A stretch of DNA of 64,000 nt from Veleropilina oligotropha (taxonomy: Eukaryota). Below the pieces are notes generated by a model. That model made no database searches, was not told the DNA's origin, and worked only from the letters and a program-made list of their open reading frames with translations. The position numbers and the translations under genes are program-made. Every line of letters begins with the position of its first letter. Position 1 is the first letter of the stretch. The stretch spans positions 930,001 through 994,000 of the forward strand of contig JBEUKZ010000010.1 of the NCBI GenBank assembly GCA_048128005.1. The letters are read 5' to 3'. Positions 48,906 to 63,099 of the stretch are shown piece after piece.

Positions 48906-50831
48906 CGCTTCAGCATCAGGGGCTGATCTAGGGTTTTAGTTTCGGGCCCCATAGGCAAACGAGCGGGCTGAGCATAGACAAGTGACCATCGACGCCCCTG
49001 AAGTTTAGATGCTTTGAGCAGCAAGATAACAGATTTGATGGTACTTCATGAATATTAAAATTGACTCTTTACGTTAATATATATTATGTTTCCAATATTT
49101 TCAAGTCACAGAACGTGACAGGGTGACATATGCCACATTGTGTATTCTATGTATTGTGGAAGATATTTTTATTATTAAATATATCTTAAGACCATTGATT
49201 ATCTTAATTATTTTGTAACAATAATCGCCTTGAAAAAGTGTAACAACATTTATACATGATACCCAGGATAGCCTGTTCATTGATCAGTACACGACAGCCT
49301 CGATACAGCGCGCCTCGGTATAACGTGGAATTGGTTATAACGCGGGACTAACCATGATCCCAAAATCTTGTCATTTTGAAAAAAGGCTAAGCGTAGGGAC
49401 ACGTTTACCTGGCAACGTTCACCTGTGAAATGATTTCAGTGAGGTGTTTTTCCATAACGAGGGTATTACAGTCTCGCACATTCTTCTAGAATAAAATTAA
49501 TCTGAGGAACATCGCGGAAGCAGAATTTCTCGTACAGCCAAATCTCTATAAAACGATGTAAAACCTATTTTACGGCAGTGTACATTTAATATGTCTTCCG
49601 ATCGGACAAGATTTTGAGCGAGTGAATTTATTTTGTAAGGTTATTGTACTACTTGATATTTATTATCGTGAGTTCCCAGTATATTATATTGTATACTTTG
49701 ATTTTGTATAAAAGATATATTTTTTTACAAATTTTTTAGAAGGTCAAATATTTTAATATTAATTATAGATCGTTTTGAATTGGTTTTTTCGCCGTCAAAG
49801 GATCTATCTCATTCATTTGGTTATAATTTAAAATTTTGTATCATCAAAAATGCGGATTGCGTATAGCATTATTTTCCGCAACCCGAATTTTTTAACAATC
49901 CAACTTTTTCATATAACAGCAAGTCCTCAAACTTGCACTTCCGTTAGCAGTCATAAACAGCGAACATAGTCGACAAGTGTGTGGTAAGAAATGAGTTCTA
50001 ACTCTATTTTAGTGTATGGGTGAGTGATTAATTATAGTAATATATCTTCCATATGGTGACTGTTTTCATCACGACACATCACCATCGTGTTGATTGTGGA
50101 TTTAGTACGATTTTTATGTCCCATGGGTGTCCCTACAGTAAGCGGAACGTACATCGCGGTAATAAGATTACAGTGCAGATTTTCAGAATTAGTGTTGGGT
50201 CGACAATGGAAATGGTATCTAATACCGGCGCAAAAGTATATTATTTGTTGAAGATAAAGACAAAATATAAATATCGCAATCCATTTTCTGAATGTGCGTC
50301 TCGATGTCATTCATCCCGGTATTTGGACAGTGGCTGCACTGTTTGTTTTAATTTATTCCACACTTCAGTAAATGCCCGCCCGTTGAATGAAATAAGAGTC
50401 CCAATTAAGCTTTAAATACCTTTTGTGTTCTTTATTCAACTCTCGACAGTAACAATAGCCGCGAATGTAACCACTCACAAATCAAAGTTAACGCGTCCGC
50501 CATTTTGCGACTACCTATGCCGAAGTTCTAACTTTAATAAGGCACTGCCCAATCTTGTTTTCGAATTTCCTATTAACAAATAATATACTCAGCACATATT
50601 CAATAGTCAAATATCAGAACTTTTTAAACCGCTAACAGTACGCGAATTCTACAACAACATTTGTAATGAAAAGAGAAAACGAAGCTTCTTGCCGTAGTTA
50701 ATACCGTGTAAAGTTGGGCACGGTCGAAGTGGGCATTGCCCAAGTTAAAAGTTGGGCAGCAATGGCGCCATCTATATTGGTATAGACTGTAATCGAAAGT
50801 TATACTTTCAAATGGTTTTTGTTGCGCTGAA

Positions 50832-51243
50832 TAGACGATTTCAGTCCGAGTTCCCCCGAACACCCACGGAAATACACGGTTGTTCGCCGATATGCCGAAC
50901 GTATCGACCAATCAGCGGCTGGTAGTCAAACAACATGGCGGCTTCCAGGTAGTTATGCCGTCAACTTTATGTGGCCTTAATATTGTCAATGCTGGTTTGA
51001 AGATACAATCAGAATCACCGGATCATTTTTAGGGGGGTAAAAAGTTGCATACACACCGGAATTCCCGGGAAATTCTACTTACCCGCACGTTCCCCGATGT
51101 AAACAAGATGCAGACGATGTCGCGGCCGCCATTGTTTGACTACCAGGCTCATATTGGCCCAGCAGTCACATGACTTGGCGCCATGTGACTAAAATTCCGA
51201 GCGGTTTCCGAATATTGCCGAATGTCTGGTGAAATCGTCTATG
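50832..51243. mobile_element. Degenerate MITE-like inverted repeat
   Basis: ATAGACGATTTCA / TGAAATCGTCTAT and GGTAGTCAAACAA / TTGTTTGACTACC are symmetric pairs. Confidence 0.5.
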
Positions 51244-51639
51244 TAGGCCAGGAAAAATAAATTATACCAGGCATTGAATCAAATGACAGTCAATGCGACA
51301 ATGCATGACACCACAAGGCGATCTTACCAGGAAATGAAGCAGTTCTAAACATGAGAAGTAGGGGAGATAATTTGGCCGATAATTTATCGGTAAAACCAAT
51401 ATATCGACAAAATCGCAAGAAAAAGTGTAGGCCTACATAATAACGTTGTAAATAGTGACAATTTTTTCATTTTCATACGGATTTGTCGCCTAAATTTCGT
51501 AGCCTTAAGAGTAAAGCCTATAGCAGATAAACTATGATTTTTTTATAGGTAAATCATTGGTTTTATTTTTTCACTTTCTCCAGTAGGGGCGCCCAAACTC
51601 CAGACGCCCAAACCAGATATAACGGGCGCAAAATAAGCC

Positions 51640-52672
51640 TAGATCAGCACCAGACCATACAAACTTCAAATTAGGCTCAAAATGTTCTTCAACTATTATT
51701 CGCAAAGATTTCTAGCTTCCACCATTCCTTGCCACTGGAGCGAAGTTTTACAATCTCGGATTGCCTTGTTTTCATTGCATTACTTGTATACGATTGGCGA
51801 TTAGCGCACTTCTCTGTTGCTATATACTAGTACTACATTATAATATTATAACAAGACAATCCGAGATTGCAAACATTCGCCCCGATAGTTAAAGAAGATT
51901 CATTGAATGTAGGTGCCGGCATTTTGTTTGTTCAAATCAATTGTAGGTAAATCACAGATATAAACGCTTTAAATTCCAAATTGATTCACTTGCACTAGAG
52001 TAGACTCACTAGTAACTGAATTATTTCACCTGAGTAACTAGCGCTATAGCCAAAAATCCACAAACCGGAAATTGCGTCTTATAATCCGATTCCACTTGCC
52101 GATTCCGACCATCTTTATGGAGTACTGACCGAGTTTAGGGTGGACTCTATCTTGTCGCAAAAATTTATTAAATTGGATCAATGGTCGTTGAGATAGAGTC
52201 GAAAATCGGCAAACCGGAAATTGCGTCGTATAATCCGAATCCGGTTTCTAGGTTCGATTATCTTTAGGCAGTTCCGAGCTTAGGATGGACTCTATCTTGT
52301 GTAAAAAATGCGTAAATCGGATCAATGGTCGTTGAGATAGAGCCGAAAATCTGCAAGCCGGAAATTTCGTAATAAATTCCGGATCTTCTTTCCGATTCGA
52401 ATCATCTTTTAGGAGGACCGACCCTAGGGTGGATCCTATCTCGTGTCAGAAAATTGAGTAAATAGGATCAATGGTAAAAGAGATATGCTCGCGGACAGAC
52501 AATTCGCAAACCGGAAATTATGAAATTGCGTCATAAAATCCGGATCCGCTTTCCGATTCGGATCACCTTTGAGGAGGACCGATCGTATGCTGGACCATAT
52601 CTCGTGTGAAAAACTGAGTTAATCAGAGTAACGGTTGTCGAGATGTGCTCCCGGACAGACAGCCACACAAAC
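51640..52672. mobile_element. HINE-like family B pieces in head-to-head arrangement
   Basis: 51640-51772 is an inverted head. 51851-51882 is a forward head. 52036-52672 has four ~149-bp units (AAACCGGAAATTGCGTC) and is cut off by the CR1 fragment. Confidence 0.65.
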
Positions 52673-52674
52673 AT

Positions 52675-54112
52675 TGATGCAGGAAAACAAGGACCAAGAT
52701 TCCAATTTAACAAGGCAAACTATCAACAAATGAAGAACGACATAAAGGAAACAAACTGGAATGAATTATTCGAAGAGAAAAGTACCGAACAGATGTGGAA
52801 TGCATTAGAAACTCAATTGACGATCACAATGAACAAGAACATACCAAAGACCAAAACAAGTGGAAACAGGTCATGCAGGAAACCTCTGTGGATGAACAAC
52901 AAAGCGTACAAAAAAGTGAGGAAAAAGTCACAGAAGGTATAGAGAAACAATGGAAGGGAAAGACTATGATGCTTATGACAGGGACAGAAATCAAGCAAAG
53001 TGGGAATGCCAAAGAGCGATGGTGGAATATGAAAAGAAACTGGCAAAGGAGTGTAAAACAAATCGAAAAGCCTTTTATAAGTAGGCTATGCAAGGACAAA
53101 ACTGAAGATATAGTCCCATGTAGCAGACTTAGAATGCAAGGATGGCAGTCATACAAGTACGGATAAAGAAAAAGCAGAAGTGTTAAATGATTACATCAGT
53201 TCAGTTTTCACTCAAGAAGAGATAAATAACATTCCAGAATTTGAACAACGTTAACTAGGTAACTGCCTCAATGACATATGCTTCACAAAAGAAGAAGTTA
53301 AGAAAACACTCATGAAACTTAAACCAGATAAAAGTCCAGGTGATGGAATGCACCCAAGAGTGTTCAGAGAGCTTGCTGACGAACTATCAGAGCCACTCAG
53401 TATATTGTTTAAAATGTCACTAGAAGATTCAGTCCTACCTACGCGATGGAAAAAGAGTCATGTGTCACCAATTCACAAAGGTGGAATCAAATTCCAGCCA
53501 TCCAACTACAGACCTGTCAGCCTAACATCAATTGTCTGCAAGATTATGGAGAGTCTAGTTAGAGATGCCATGATGAAACACATGACAGTCAACAACCATC
53601 TACACGACTGCCAGCACGGCTTTATTCAATCAAGGGCATACATGTGTAACTCAACTGTTAACAATGATGGATATGTGGACACAGATACTAGACAACCATG
53701 GAATTCTAGATGCAATTTACTTGGATTTTCGAAAGTCTGGTTGACACCATGCCACATGAAAGAATGTTGGCGAAAATTGAAGGCTACGGTATTGGAGGTG
53801 CAGTTCTAAAATGGTTAAGAGACTTCCTCACAGGTAGAGAGCAGAGAGTGGTGGTGAATGGAGATACATCAAACTGGGCACCTGTAAGTAGTGGGATACC
53901 ACAGGGCAGCGTGTTAGACCCAATAATGTTTGTAATGTGTGTGAATGACATGCCAGATGCGGTCCACTCAACGCTACTAATGTTCGCTGACGCCGTAAAG
54001 ATCTTCCACCAAATAGAGGGTGCCAACGCCCGGACACAACTACAGAGTGATCTCGGTGAATTAAAGAAATGGGCCGATAAATGGCAGCCAGGTTTCAATA
54101 CAAAGAATGGTT
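52675..54112 (+). mobile_element. CR1-type LINE internal fragment (linker plus RT N-terminal half), frameshifted
   Basis: FNKANYQQMK, KPLWMN, KSPGDGMHPRV, NYRPVSLTSIVCK, QHGF, SGIPQGSVL and MFADAVK. Confidence 0.88.
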
Positions 54113-54617
54113 GAGAAAATATCCCCACCTTATTTTCAAGATGTTTCATGTTGACAATATATCCTAATATATATTTTTACTGGTTTACTTTGCGTATAAT
54201 AATAGTGGGATTTTAAATCCAACGTACATTTTAACTGACAGTAATAATTAAAAGCACGTGGAACAATAATGAATACTAGGCCTACATCGTTAATGTCACA
54301 CGTTGTAAATTCATTCTAAATTCTTCCAACAAAGTACATGTACCTTATATGTTGCATTATTCAATGTAGAGCCAGCCCTAGCTGCGTCAATTATTTTATT
54401 TTGTTTGAGGTGTTTATAGCATAGCGTAAACATTTCTGAAGGTGTGAACTGATCAAAATTAATCGCTTTCGTGTAGCACCCTAACGCTAACCGTATCTCA
54501 TTGGATAACGCTCAACTCAGAGAGCCCAAAATAACTTTGGAGGCTAGCAATGGGATTATCAAGTTCGCGTCAATATCTAAGCAGTGCTATCTTGATATGA
54601 CTATCGAATCCTCGACC

Positions 54618-55384
54618 CAGCAAGTCGAGGGGATGTATCCCCTTCCACGGTAGCAGAAATCAATGGGCACCATGTCCTCATCATGCCAAACATGTACACG
54701 TATACCAAATTGGATTCAACTCAGATTAGAACTATTCACTGTAGATCGCGCACAATATATATCTTCGAATAAAGCGGCCGCCGCGACGGCCATCTTGGAT
54801 CCGAAAACAAAAAGAAATCGTTATGTGGCGTGTCCTCATCTTAACTAACGTGCATATCAAATTTGAATCAAATAGGAAAATAACTTTTCACTGTAGAGCA
54901 TGCACAAAAAATATCTTCAAATAAAATGGCCGCTTGGATCATAAAACGACGAAAATCGTTACGTGGCATGTCCTCATCACAACTAACATGCATAACAAAT
55001 TTGAATCAAATCGGATAATAACTTTTCACTGTAGAGAACGCACAAGAAATCTAATCAACCAAAATGGCCGCCTTGGCAGCCATCTTGGATCCGAAAACGA
55101 CGAAAATATTTAGGCGGCATGTCCTCATCACACCTAAAGAGTATACCAAATATGAATCAAATCGGATAATAACTTTTCACTGTAGAGCGCGCACAAGAAA
55201 TGTCGTCAAACAAAATGGCCACCACGGCGGCCATCTTGGGTTAGAAAACGACGAAAATCGTTAGGTGGCGTGTCCTCATCATAACTGACGTGCATACAAA
55301 ATTTGAATAAATCTGACAAGAACCTTTCACTGTAGAGCGCACACAATAAATCTCTTACTAACAGTGACCTATTGTGTCCCCCCT
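54618..55384 (+). mobile_element. HINE-like element, family C, ~150-bp tandem units
   Basis: CACTGTAGA recurs at ~54737, 54889, 55028, 55178 and 55328, with AAAATGGCCGCC...GCCATCTTGGAT motifs. Confidence 0.65.
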
Positions 55385-56460
55385 GACATCCAGATCTCGT
55401 TTCAATGGTTAATCCGGAAATGCAGTTGAGCATAGAAATCGATTTCAATAAAGGTTCATGTGATTGACCGATATCACAATTGATTCATTGATTGTATTTC
55501 ACCATACTATCGTTAAAAGGTGACATGATTGGTTAAAATAACACAAGCAATGCTGCATCGGCAAATGCTGAAGTGTCCATTAAAATAACATTGGGCGCCA
55601 TGTGTTTTATTGTGCCAGACTTGAACAAACGCAAATTGATTCTTGTTGGAAGTCAATTGTTTATGGATAATAAATATTATGGTAAGATAAACCTTCATAA
55701 ATTGGAAATCTTATTAACATAGCAGAGTTTTCTAACGGTTAACAAGATAATGTAAATACTAAAAACAAGTACGGAAGTAGAACTTCCAAAATTTGTGGAC
55801 CGAGTAAATTTTCGTAGATTTCTCCAACAATCGACCCCAAAATGGTATATCTCGGCCGTATTAGTCGACCCCCCAACTTCACGACCCTAAAACATTGGAA
55901 ATTTCCTCGACTATACGCGAGCAAATACCAGGAGAAAGGGAAGATGTAAATTTAGAACTAGTCCACACAGAAAGACCTTTGAGTAAATAGTAGATACAAG
56001 CCCTCACTTTTGATACGATTTTAATGGTTTAAAACAAAAAGTTTTCTTATCATGGTATTTTCTGGTGGACAAATATCTCCTGAATCTATACTGAAAATTA
56101 TACATTTATTGGGCACCCCCCAAAATAAGTAAAAGACCCCAGAAACATGTCACCCTAGCTTGTAGCGCGCGCCAAGATTTCTGACATTGCAGTTTATGTT
56201 GAAAGGATTCCCCTAAAGGGGAATCACCTACACAAACTTTCTATAAAACAAAATGGCGGACGACACGATCGCGTTGTTTGTCACTACCAAGAGGAAAAAA
56301 AACAATAATGTTACGCTGATATACGGTGGGTAGCACATGAATTTAGTAATATAGAAACAAATATTGATAAATGGTCGTCACTTGAAATATATTGGACTTG
56401 GACGAGACAATATCTGTTGTTTTGATTAACAAGTAAGTACGTCACTGTATACGGAATATA

Positions 56461-56700
56461 CTAGCCCGATAAATCTGCCCCTAATTACAAGCTCGAAATC
56501 CTGACGGTCGCGTGTATAGGCGCCCGTCAGGATTTCGAGCTTGTAATTAGGGGCAGATTTATCGGGCTAGGACTATACGTGCATATATTGTCGGTGATAG
56601 TCCGATAAATCTGCTCCTAATTATTGCAAGCTTTAAATTCTGACGTTTCGGCGACCGTCAGAATTAGAGCTTGTAAATAGGGGAAGATTTATCGGACTAT
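56461..56700. repeat. Two related foldback mini-elements (56461-56570 and 56597-56700)
   Basis: The first has perfect 47-bp arms. The second is a diverged homologue. Both have TAG..CTA ends. Confidence 0.85.
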
Positions 56701-56979
56701 GCCGGCGACTACCCATATTATTAACCGTGTGTATATTCATTCATGACAAAGAGCCAATTTGTAGAATATTTCTGGACGACACCTTGAAATAGTGGCATTA
56801 GGGTTAAGAATGTATTCGGTGGGCATTTATAGGGTCAATGTATTAGTAAGCAGGGTTAGCTAACGCTATAACTGGGGAACCCTTAAACTGCAAGTCCCCA
56901 AATAGGTGCACATGAATTCGTTTGAAACTTTCCTTATGCGCACGCATAAAATGCACGCATAAAATATACTATATAAAAA

Positions 56980-57322
56980 TCTATATTAAGTATATAAAGT
57001 AGCAATTGTTTGTTTGCGTCCGTGTCGGTTAGTTTGCCTTCTGCGCCCGTTCGTATTGGCCAAGTTTACTGTTTCTCCCGTTCACATTGGCCAAGTTCAC
57101 TGTTATATATATATATATAGAGAGAGAGATAGCATCAGCTAACTGAGAGACTCTTGGCATGGATAGAGGGCTGGGGGGGGGGGGGGGGGGTCAGGTGTGA
57201 GGGAGGTGATGGGGAAAGTGGGTGAGAAATGGGGACTTGAGCAATTCAGGCAGATGTGAGGGGGGGGGGGGAATGGGGGATTTCTGTGAAATCTCCCATT
57301 TCTAAACGGGTGTGCCCGCTAG
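56980..57322 (+). mobile_element. Short Helitron-type non-autonomous element
   Basis: A|TCTATATT... start and ...CGGGTGTGCCCG-CTAG|T end. Confidence 0.5.
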
Positions 57323-57693
57323 TATTATATAACTACATTATAGTCCGGGGGCCATTACCCAATAAGGGCTCTAGTTTTTTAGTTGGTTCTCCCCGAGCCC
57401 TATAAACCTACAACCATTTAATATTTGTCAAATGTTATCTTGTGCATCATGAATGACCGGTAGTAGAACTGTAAGTGTGTGCATTCCTGTATAATGAAGC
57501 ATTTTGTGACACATGTATGAAACGTATAATGGCGATTTTCGGTCATTTTATGTTCTAGTCTGTAAACAGTATGGTCGCGTTAAACTATGCTATCACTTCA
57601 GACAGATCTCATACATTGGTTATGAAATGTTTTTTACCATATAAATCATAATTAAATTCCTTTTCCAGGTATGTATAAATAATTCATATTCAA

Positions 57694-58205
57694 AAAGGCA
57701 ATCAGAGATTGCAAACCTTCGCCCCGGTGGCAAGGAATGGCGAAAGTTATAATTATCTGTGAATTTTGAGCCTAATTTGAAGTTTGTACGGCGAGGAGTT
57801 CTAGCTCTAAAAACCGCATATCAGCATATCGAAAATTGCGTCCTAAAATCCGGATCCGCGTATACTAGTATATAACTACCGACTCGGAACATTTTTAAGG
57901 AGGACCGAGACAAGGGTGGACCCTATCTTGTGTCAAAACTTGAGTAAATCCGTTCCATGGTCGTTGAGATAAGCTCGCGGACAGAAATCTGCAAACTGGA
58001 AATTGCGTCATAAAATCTGGATCCGCTTTCAGATTCGGATCATCTTTGAAGAGGACCTAGCGTAGGGTGGACCCTATCTCGTGTACAATAATAAAGTATA
58101 TCGGATCAATGGTCGCGGACAGACATACGGACGGATGGATGGACAAACAAACCGACCCAATTGCATTACCTTCTCCCACCCCACCACTACGTGGGCGAAG
58201 GTAAT
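57694..58205 (+). mobile_element. HINE-like element, family B (both ends present)
   Basis: Head AAGGCAATCAGAGATTGCAAACCTTCGCCC, internal units, (GGAC/GGAT)n tract and terminal hairpin ...GTGGGCGAAGGTAA. Confidence 0.72.
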
Positions 58206-58799
58206 GATTATTGGCATCTATATAAGGACGTTCAAATACATATTATGGGACCAACTCTTATCGGGACCGTTTAATAATAAAATGTGCAAGGTTTAACATA
58301 CAACAATGTCTGTTATTGGTATTTTGGAAGTAAGCTCTTCATAGGATGATAAATGAATTTGGAATTCTAAATCATACAGAGTGTGATAATATTGAAATCC
58401 AAAATGGCCACCATAATTTTGTACGAAAACGCATAAATTCTTATAAATGTCTTCGCCGTCTTGGAGATTAATAAAAGTTACAAAGTATTATTTTATTTTT
58501 AAACTTGGGTGAGATTCAGACAATTATTTTGCACATTTGTATCTTTATTTTCAATAACTATATAATAGTTTGGTGCTTAACAGTAACACTGAGACCAAAG
58601 TTTATTTTAGTAGCCCAAAATTGAAAAATAATCAATTTTACTATAATACTCTATGACAATTTTTCACAGAATCTATATTTAAAATGCATTTATGTCTAAA
58701 TGTCTGCATTATGAGGAAAACCTATGCAAAATGCTCTCTATACCAGTTTCCAATTAGAAATTGGCAGATGACATATCGCAAGTATTAAAATATTATGAT

Positions 58800-60060
58800 T
58801 GATTGATAATTTCACAAATGCTGATACTGATGGCAATATATGAACATACTCACGCTGCGGAGTTGTCTCTCTGGCCGATATGAAGGATCTCGCACAAACT
58901 AGTCACCTACATAGAGTATGCAGCTGGCATCTTCAGCGTCAAAGAGAAGGGGGGGGGGGGGGCAGTCTACAGACTTTCCACAGACCTTGCATTGAAACGG
59001 ATCAAGTCATGCAATGTATCTGGTGGTCTAGTCGGCATAACACGAACGATATCAGCACTTGATAGTTGGATGCTCATCTGCAGTGATATGACACGAATGA
59101 TTGATCAAATACGTACCCAAGCCAGACAGTCCAAGAGTGCCCTTGGTCAGACCAGTAAAGATGCGGGACATCGTCGTCTTCAGAAGAAGATTGAGAAGGA
59201 ACATGGAAACATGGACGCTTCAAGTCAATCAAGCAAGAAACAATAGACCTAATATATACATATATCAACAAATGACGTGCAAATGAAGATATCAAGGCGG
59301 ACCTCTTGTCAGCCGTTACTGTTGCGAATGTGTTAGTAAGGGACTTTTTATGATCACACAAGCAACGAAGCAATTCCATGATGCCGTAGTGAAGAACAAA
59401 TCACGAACAGAAGCATCACTCTTCAATGCGCACGTAACAACTGGACGGATAACGACGGGCATCAAAGCAAACCTTGACCTCCTCAGAAGTCTTTTAAGTG
59501 CAACTGGACCTGGGCTCATTTCTGTCAGAAGCAGAAGCCTACTGCTTTACCGCTGGCTATTGCTACAACAGACTGTTGCCTTCAAAAGATGGACAAGGTT
59601 TCATGCTGTAGGTAGCATGGAACCGAAAACTTGTGTCGTCAAGACAAATTCCAAAGGATCACTTATTTAATTCGCAAGAAGAAGCAGAAATAAAGTTGAT
59701 TCTCCATGCTAAAGATGCTAAGCAGGACTACATATGATCTGTAGTAGAGAGCAAAGACACTGATGTTCTTGTGCTCTTCATACATCATGAAACTACATCA
59801 TTATATAATTAGTGTGGATGGATGCTGGACGCTTAAGGAATCACAAGTACATATTAGCACACCAGGTGCGCCAATATCTACAACCAAATATTGTGACCAC
59901 CATTCCATTCAATAACAGGATGCGATTCTACAAGTCTAGAAACGAGAATAAATCTACATTAAATGCTTATGATGCCGTGCCATTACTCTTGGAAAGTTTC
60001 AGTGATTCGGAAAACACCTAACTTTTTAAGACTGAATCTTTTGTAATGGAGTTGTTTAAT
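58800..60060 (+). pseudogene. Decayed Academ-like transposase (central part)
   Basis: Frameshifted fragments SGGLVGITRTISALDSW (58992 ORF) and SQEEAEIKLILHAKDA...VVESKDTDVLVLFIHH (~59670-59790) match the GGLxGIT and EEAD..ILHA..DTDV motifs I recall from Academ transposases. Confidence 0.65.
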
Positions 60061-60277
60061 TACAAATCCAGTGTCATTTCTATCGACTGTACGAAAGGAG
60101 ATTTCACGGAATCAGCGACTCTGAGAACACCCCCCCCCCAAGCCCCACTCACTCGCTCATGTCGCATCCCAGACGGGATCAGCATCAAACAATGGCATCT
60201 TCGGTAGTCGTGTGGTCTCGAGAGAGAGGGCCTGTTTAAGGTCTCGGTCCGATCTGACCGACATACACTAGGGATAT

Positions 60278-63092
60278 TAGTGGAGCGGCAATAGTCAATA
60301 TATTGTAACAATTGTGCATTTTGTGATAAAAGCAAGAAACTTGGCAGTATGTTAGTATATTATATACTGATAAATTTCAGATATAGTGCCCAATTCCAAA
60401 TTGACCCGTGTCCGATATTATGACGTCATGAAAATGGCAGCCATTTTGAATGTGACCAAATGACTAAAAGCTGATGCCACAATGATGCCATTATTCAACC
60501 GATTTTCATGAACTAATACAAATTTGCATAAGAAGTTGCACACAATAGTAGAACGATATTAGAAGTGAGTATAATGATGTAATAGTGACGTTTTTTTACT
60601 TAATTAGCACATGTAACAAAATTGAAAACGTCTAATCTTTTTAATTATTTCAAATTTCGTCTTATATTTTATAAAATAACAATAAAATATAGGAAATACA
60701 CTTTATAATCATAACAAAATTGTGACTTCTATGCATATTAACATAGAATAGTGTAGAATATAGGCGATTGTTAATAAATTAACCAAATGAAATTGTATTT
60801 TATTACAATAAAATAGAATTTGCATTATTGTTTATTCCGCATATTGACCAGTGATGTATTTATATTATACTACACATATTTTCATAAAATATCCTTTTGT
60901 TTTATATTTTACATTGCATGCATATAATAAAATTATTGGTAAATTACCGCATGATAGCCTCAAATCACAACCCCCTTTGCCGAATGAGCCCACCAACTCA
61001 CACGCTTAATACCAACCGATGTTTCGAAGAAAGCTCAGGATACATTGGAAAGAAGAGTCGATGTCTGCGACTTCATTCGGAGAAGCTAGGGAAATAGTGG
61101 AAGACCGCTGAGAAAAGGGGTGGGACACTTTGTCACAGCAATAAAGGGCATGGCCCCATGTGAATGTGTCACCTCTGGGAAAGCAGTCCGTCACGTCACT
61201 GAAGACGGTCCACTTCGCCCCCCCCCCCATCCTGCATCACTGAAGAGACCAACCTGGTCCACATGGATGATGGCACGAGGGCATGAATAGCCTCAAAGAC
61301 CCCACATGTTTGATGGAGTTGGACGACGAACAAAAGGAGCTATCTGGCAGTATAACAGATGTGGATAGGTTTTGTTATTGGCGAACACTTTCTTTATCTT
61401 ACGGCTATTGAATATGCGAAGATTATTGGGTATTACAAATCGAAAGCCTAATCAATATTTCACCAGTTGCAACACGGTGTCCATTTTTTCAAATCAAAGC
61501 AAACTAGAGGTATAATCCTCATACAGGCCCGCCTTTTGGATATATAAATCCATAGAGAGGAAAATAATCAATAACTCTATATCTTCAAAGTGCACGAAAA
61601 TGACCTTGACCTTTGACCCAGAGACTCCATTTTTGAACTTAACCAAGGCCTGATGGTATACAAGGTGCATACCCAAGATGAAAGCTGTAGGTCCAGCGGT
61701 TCATCTTCTATGTGACAGAAAGCAATCTTTGAAGTGCCAGAACGGAAATACATGAAAATGACCTTGACCTTTGACCCAGCGACCCCATCTTTGAACTTGG
61801 GCTAGGCCTGATGGTATACAAGGTGCATACCCAAGATGAAAGCTGTAGGTCCAGCGGTTCATCTTCTATGTGACAGAAAGCAATCTTTGAAGTGCCAGAA
61901 CGGAAATACACGAAAATGACCTTGACCTTTGACCCAGCGACCCCATCTTTGAACTTGGGCTAGGCCTGATGGTATACAAGGTGCATACCCAAGATGAAAG
62001 CTGTAGGTCCAGCGGTTCATCTATGTGACAGAAAGCAATCTTCGAAGTGCCAGAACGGAAATACATGAACTTGACCTTTGACCCAGCGACCCCATCTTTG
62101 AACTTGGGCTAGGCCTGATGGTATACAAGGTGCATACCCAAGATGAAAGCTGTAGGTCCAGCGGTTCATCTTCTATGTGACAGAAAGCAATCTTTGAAGT
62201 GCCAGAATGGAAATACACGAAAATGACCTTGACCTTTGACCCAGCGACCCCATCTTTGAACTTGGGCTAGGCCTGATGGTATACAAGGTGCATACCCAAG
62301 ATGAAAGCTGTAGGTCCAGCGGTTCATCTTCTATGTGACAGAAAGCAATCTTCGAAGTGCCAGAACGGAAATACACGAAAATGACCTTGACCTTTGACCC
62401 AGCGACCCCATCTTTGAACTTGGGCTAGGCCTGATGGTATACAAGGTGCATACCCAAGATGAAAGCTGTAGGTCCAGCGGTTCATCTTCTATGTGACAGA
62501 AAGCAATCTTCGAAGTGCCATAACGGAAATACACGAAAATGACCTTGACCTTTGACCCAGCGACTCCATCTTTGAACTTGGGCTAGGCCTGATGGTATAT
62601 AAGATGCATACCAAATATTAAAGGAGTAAGTCCAGCGGTTCATCTTCTATGTTACAGAAAGCATCAGGCGACGGACGGACGACGGACGCCAGTACATGGC
62701 TATAGCCCTGCCTTTATAGAAGGCGGGCCAAAAATGAAGCATAAAACCACACATTACTCATCAGCTCTCTTCATACATTACAGATACATGTTATGATGCC
62801 ATAAAACACTGTGATAACTATTTGAAGAACCTTCGAAGCAGATTTGACAAGCTTTTTAATATCTTTTTATACTTAACGGTTAAACGCTCTCTATATGTCC
62901 ATCACTGAAGTAATATTGTTCGAAAAGCAAATTCAAAATGGTCGCCATATTGATGACGTCATAATTCCGGACTCGGGTCATTTTGCACTTGGCACTATAT
63001 CAGAATTTGATAAGTCATGATATACTTACAAATTGGAAAGTTTCATGCTTTTATCATAAAATGCACAATTATTTGCTATTGCCGCTGCACTA
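60278..63092. mobile_element. Non-autonomous Academ-type DNA transposon
   Basis: Imperfect ~170-bp TIRs, TAGTGGAGCGGCAATAG.. / ..CTATTGCCGCTGCACTA, with TAG..CTA termini and TAT on both flanks (60275-60277, 63093-63095). Confidence 0.72.
61501..62734 (+). mobile_element. HINE-like element, family D, seven ~158-bp tandem units
   Basis: Subterminal inverted pair GGCCCGCCTT / AAGGCGGGCC, GACCTTGACCTTTGACCC in each unit and a (GGAC)n tract. This explains the repeated short ORFs at 61708-62534. Confidence 0.8.
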
Positions 63093-63099
63093 TATGCTA

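Noticed and set aside
49304..49345. Tc1/mariner-pogo-like left TIR (TA|CAGCGCGCCTCGGTATAACG)
   Set aside because: No matching right TIR was found, so element boundaries cannot be supported.
61494..62534. Tandem array of near-identical 65-67-aa ORFs
   Set aside because: These are 158-bp non-coding units of a HINE-like element, with indels between units.
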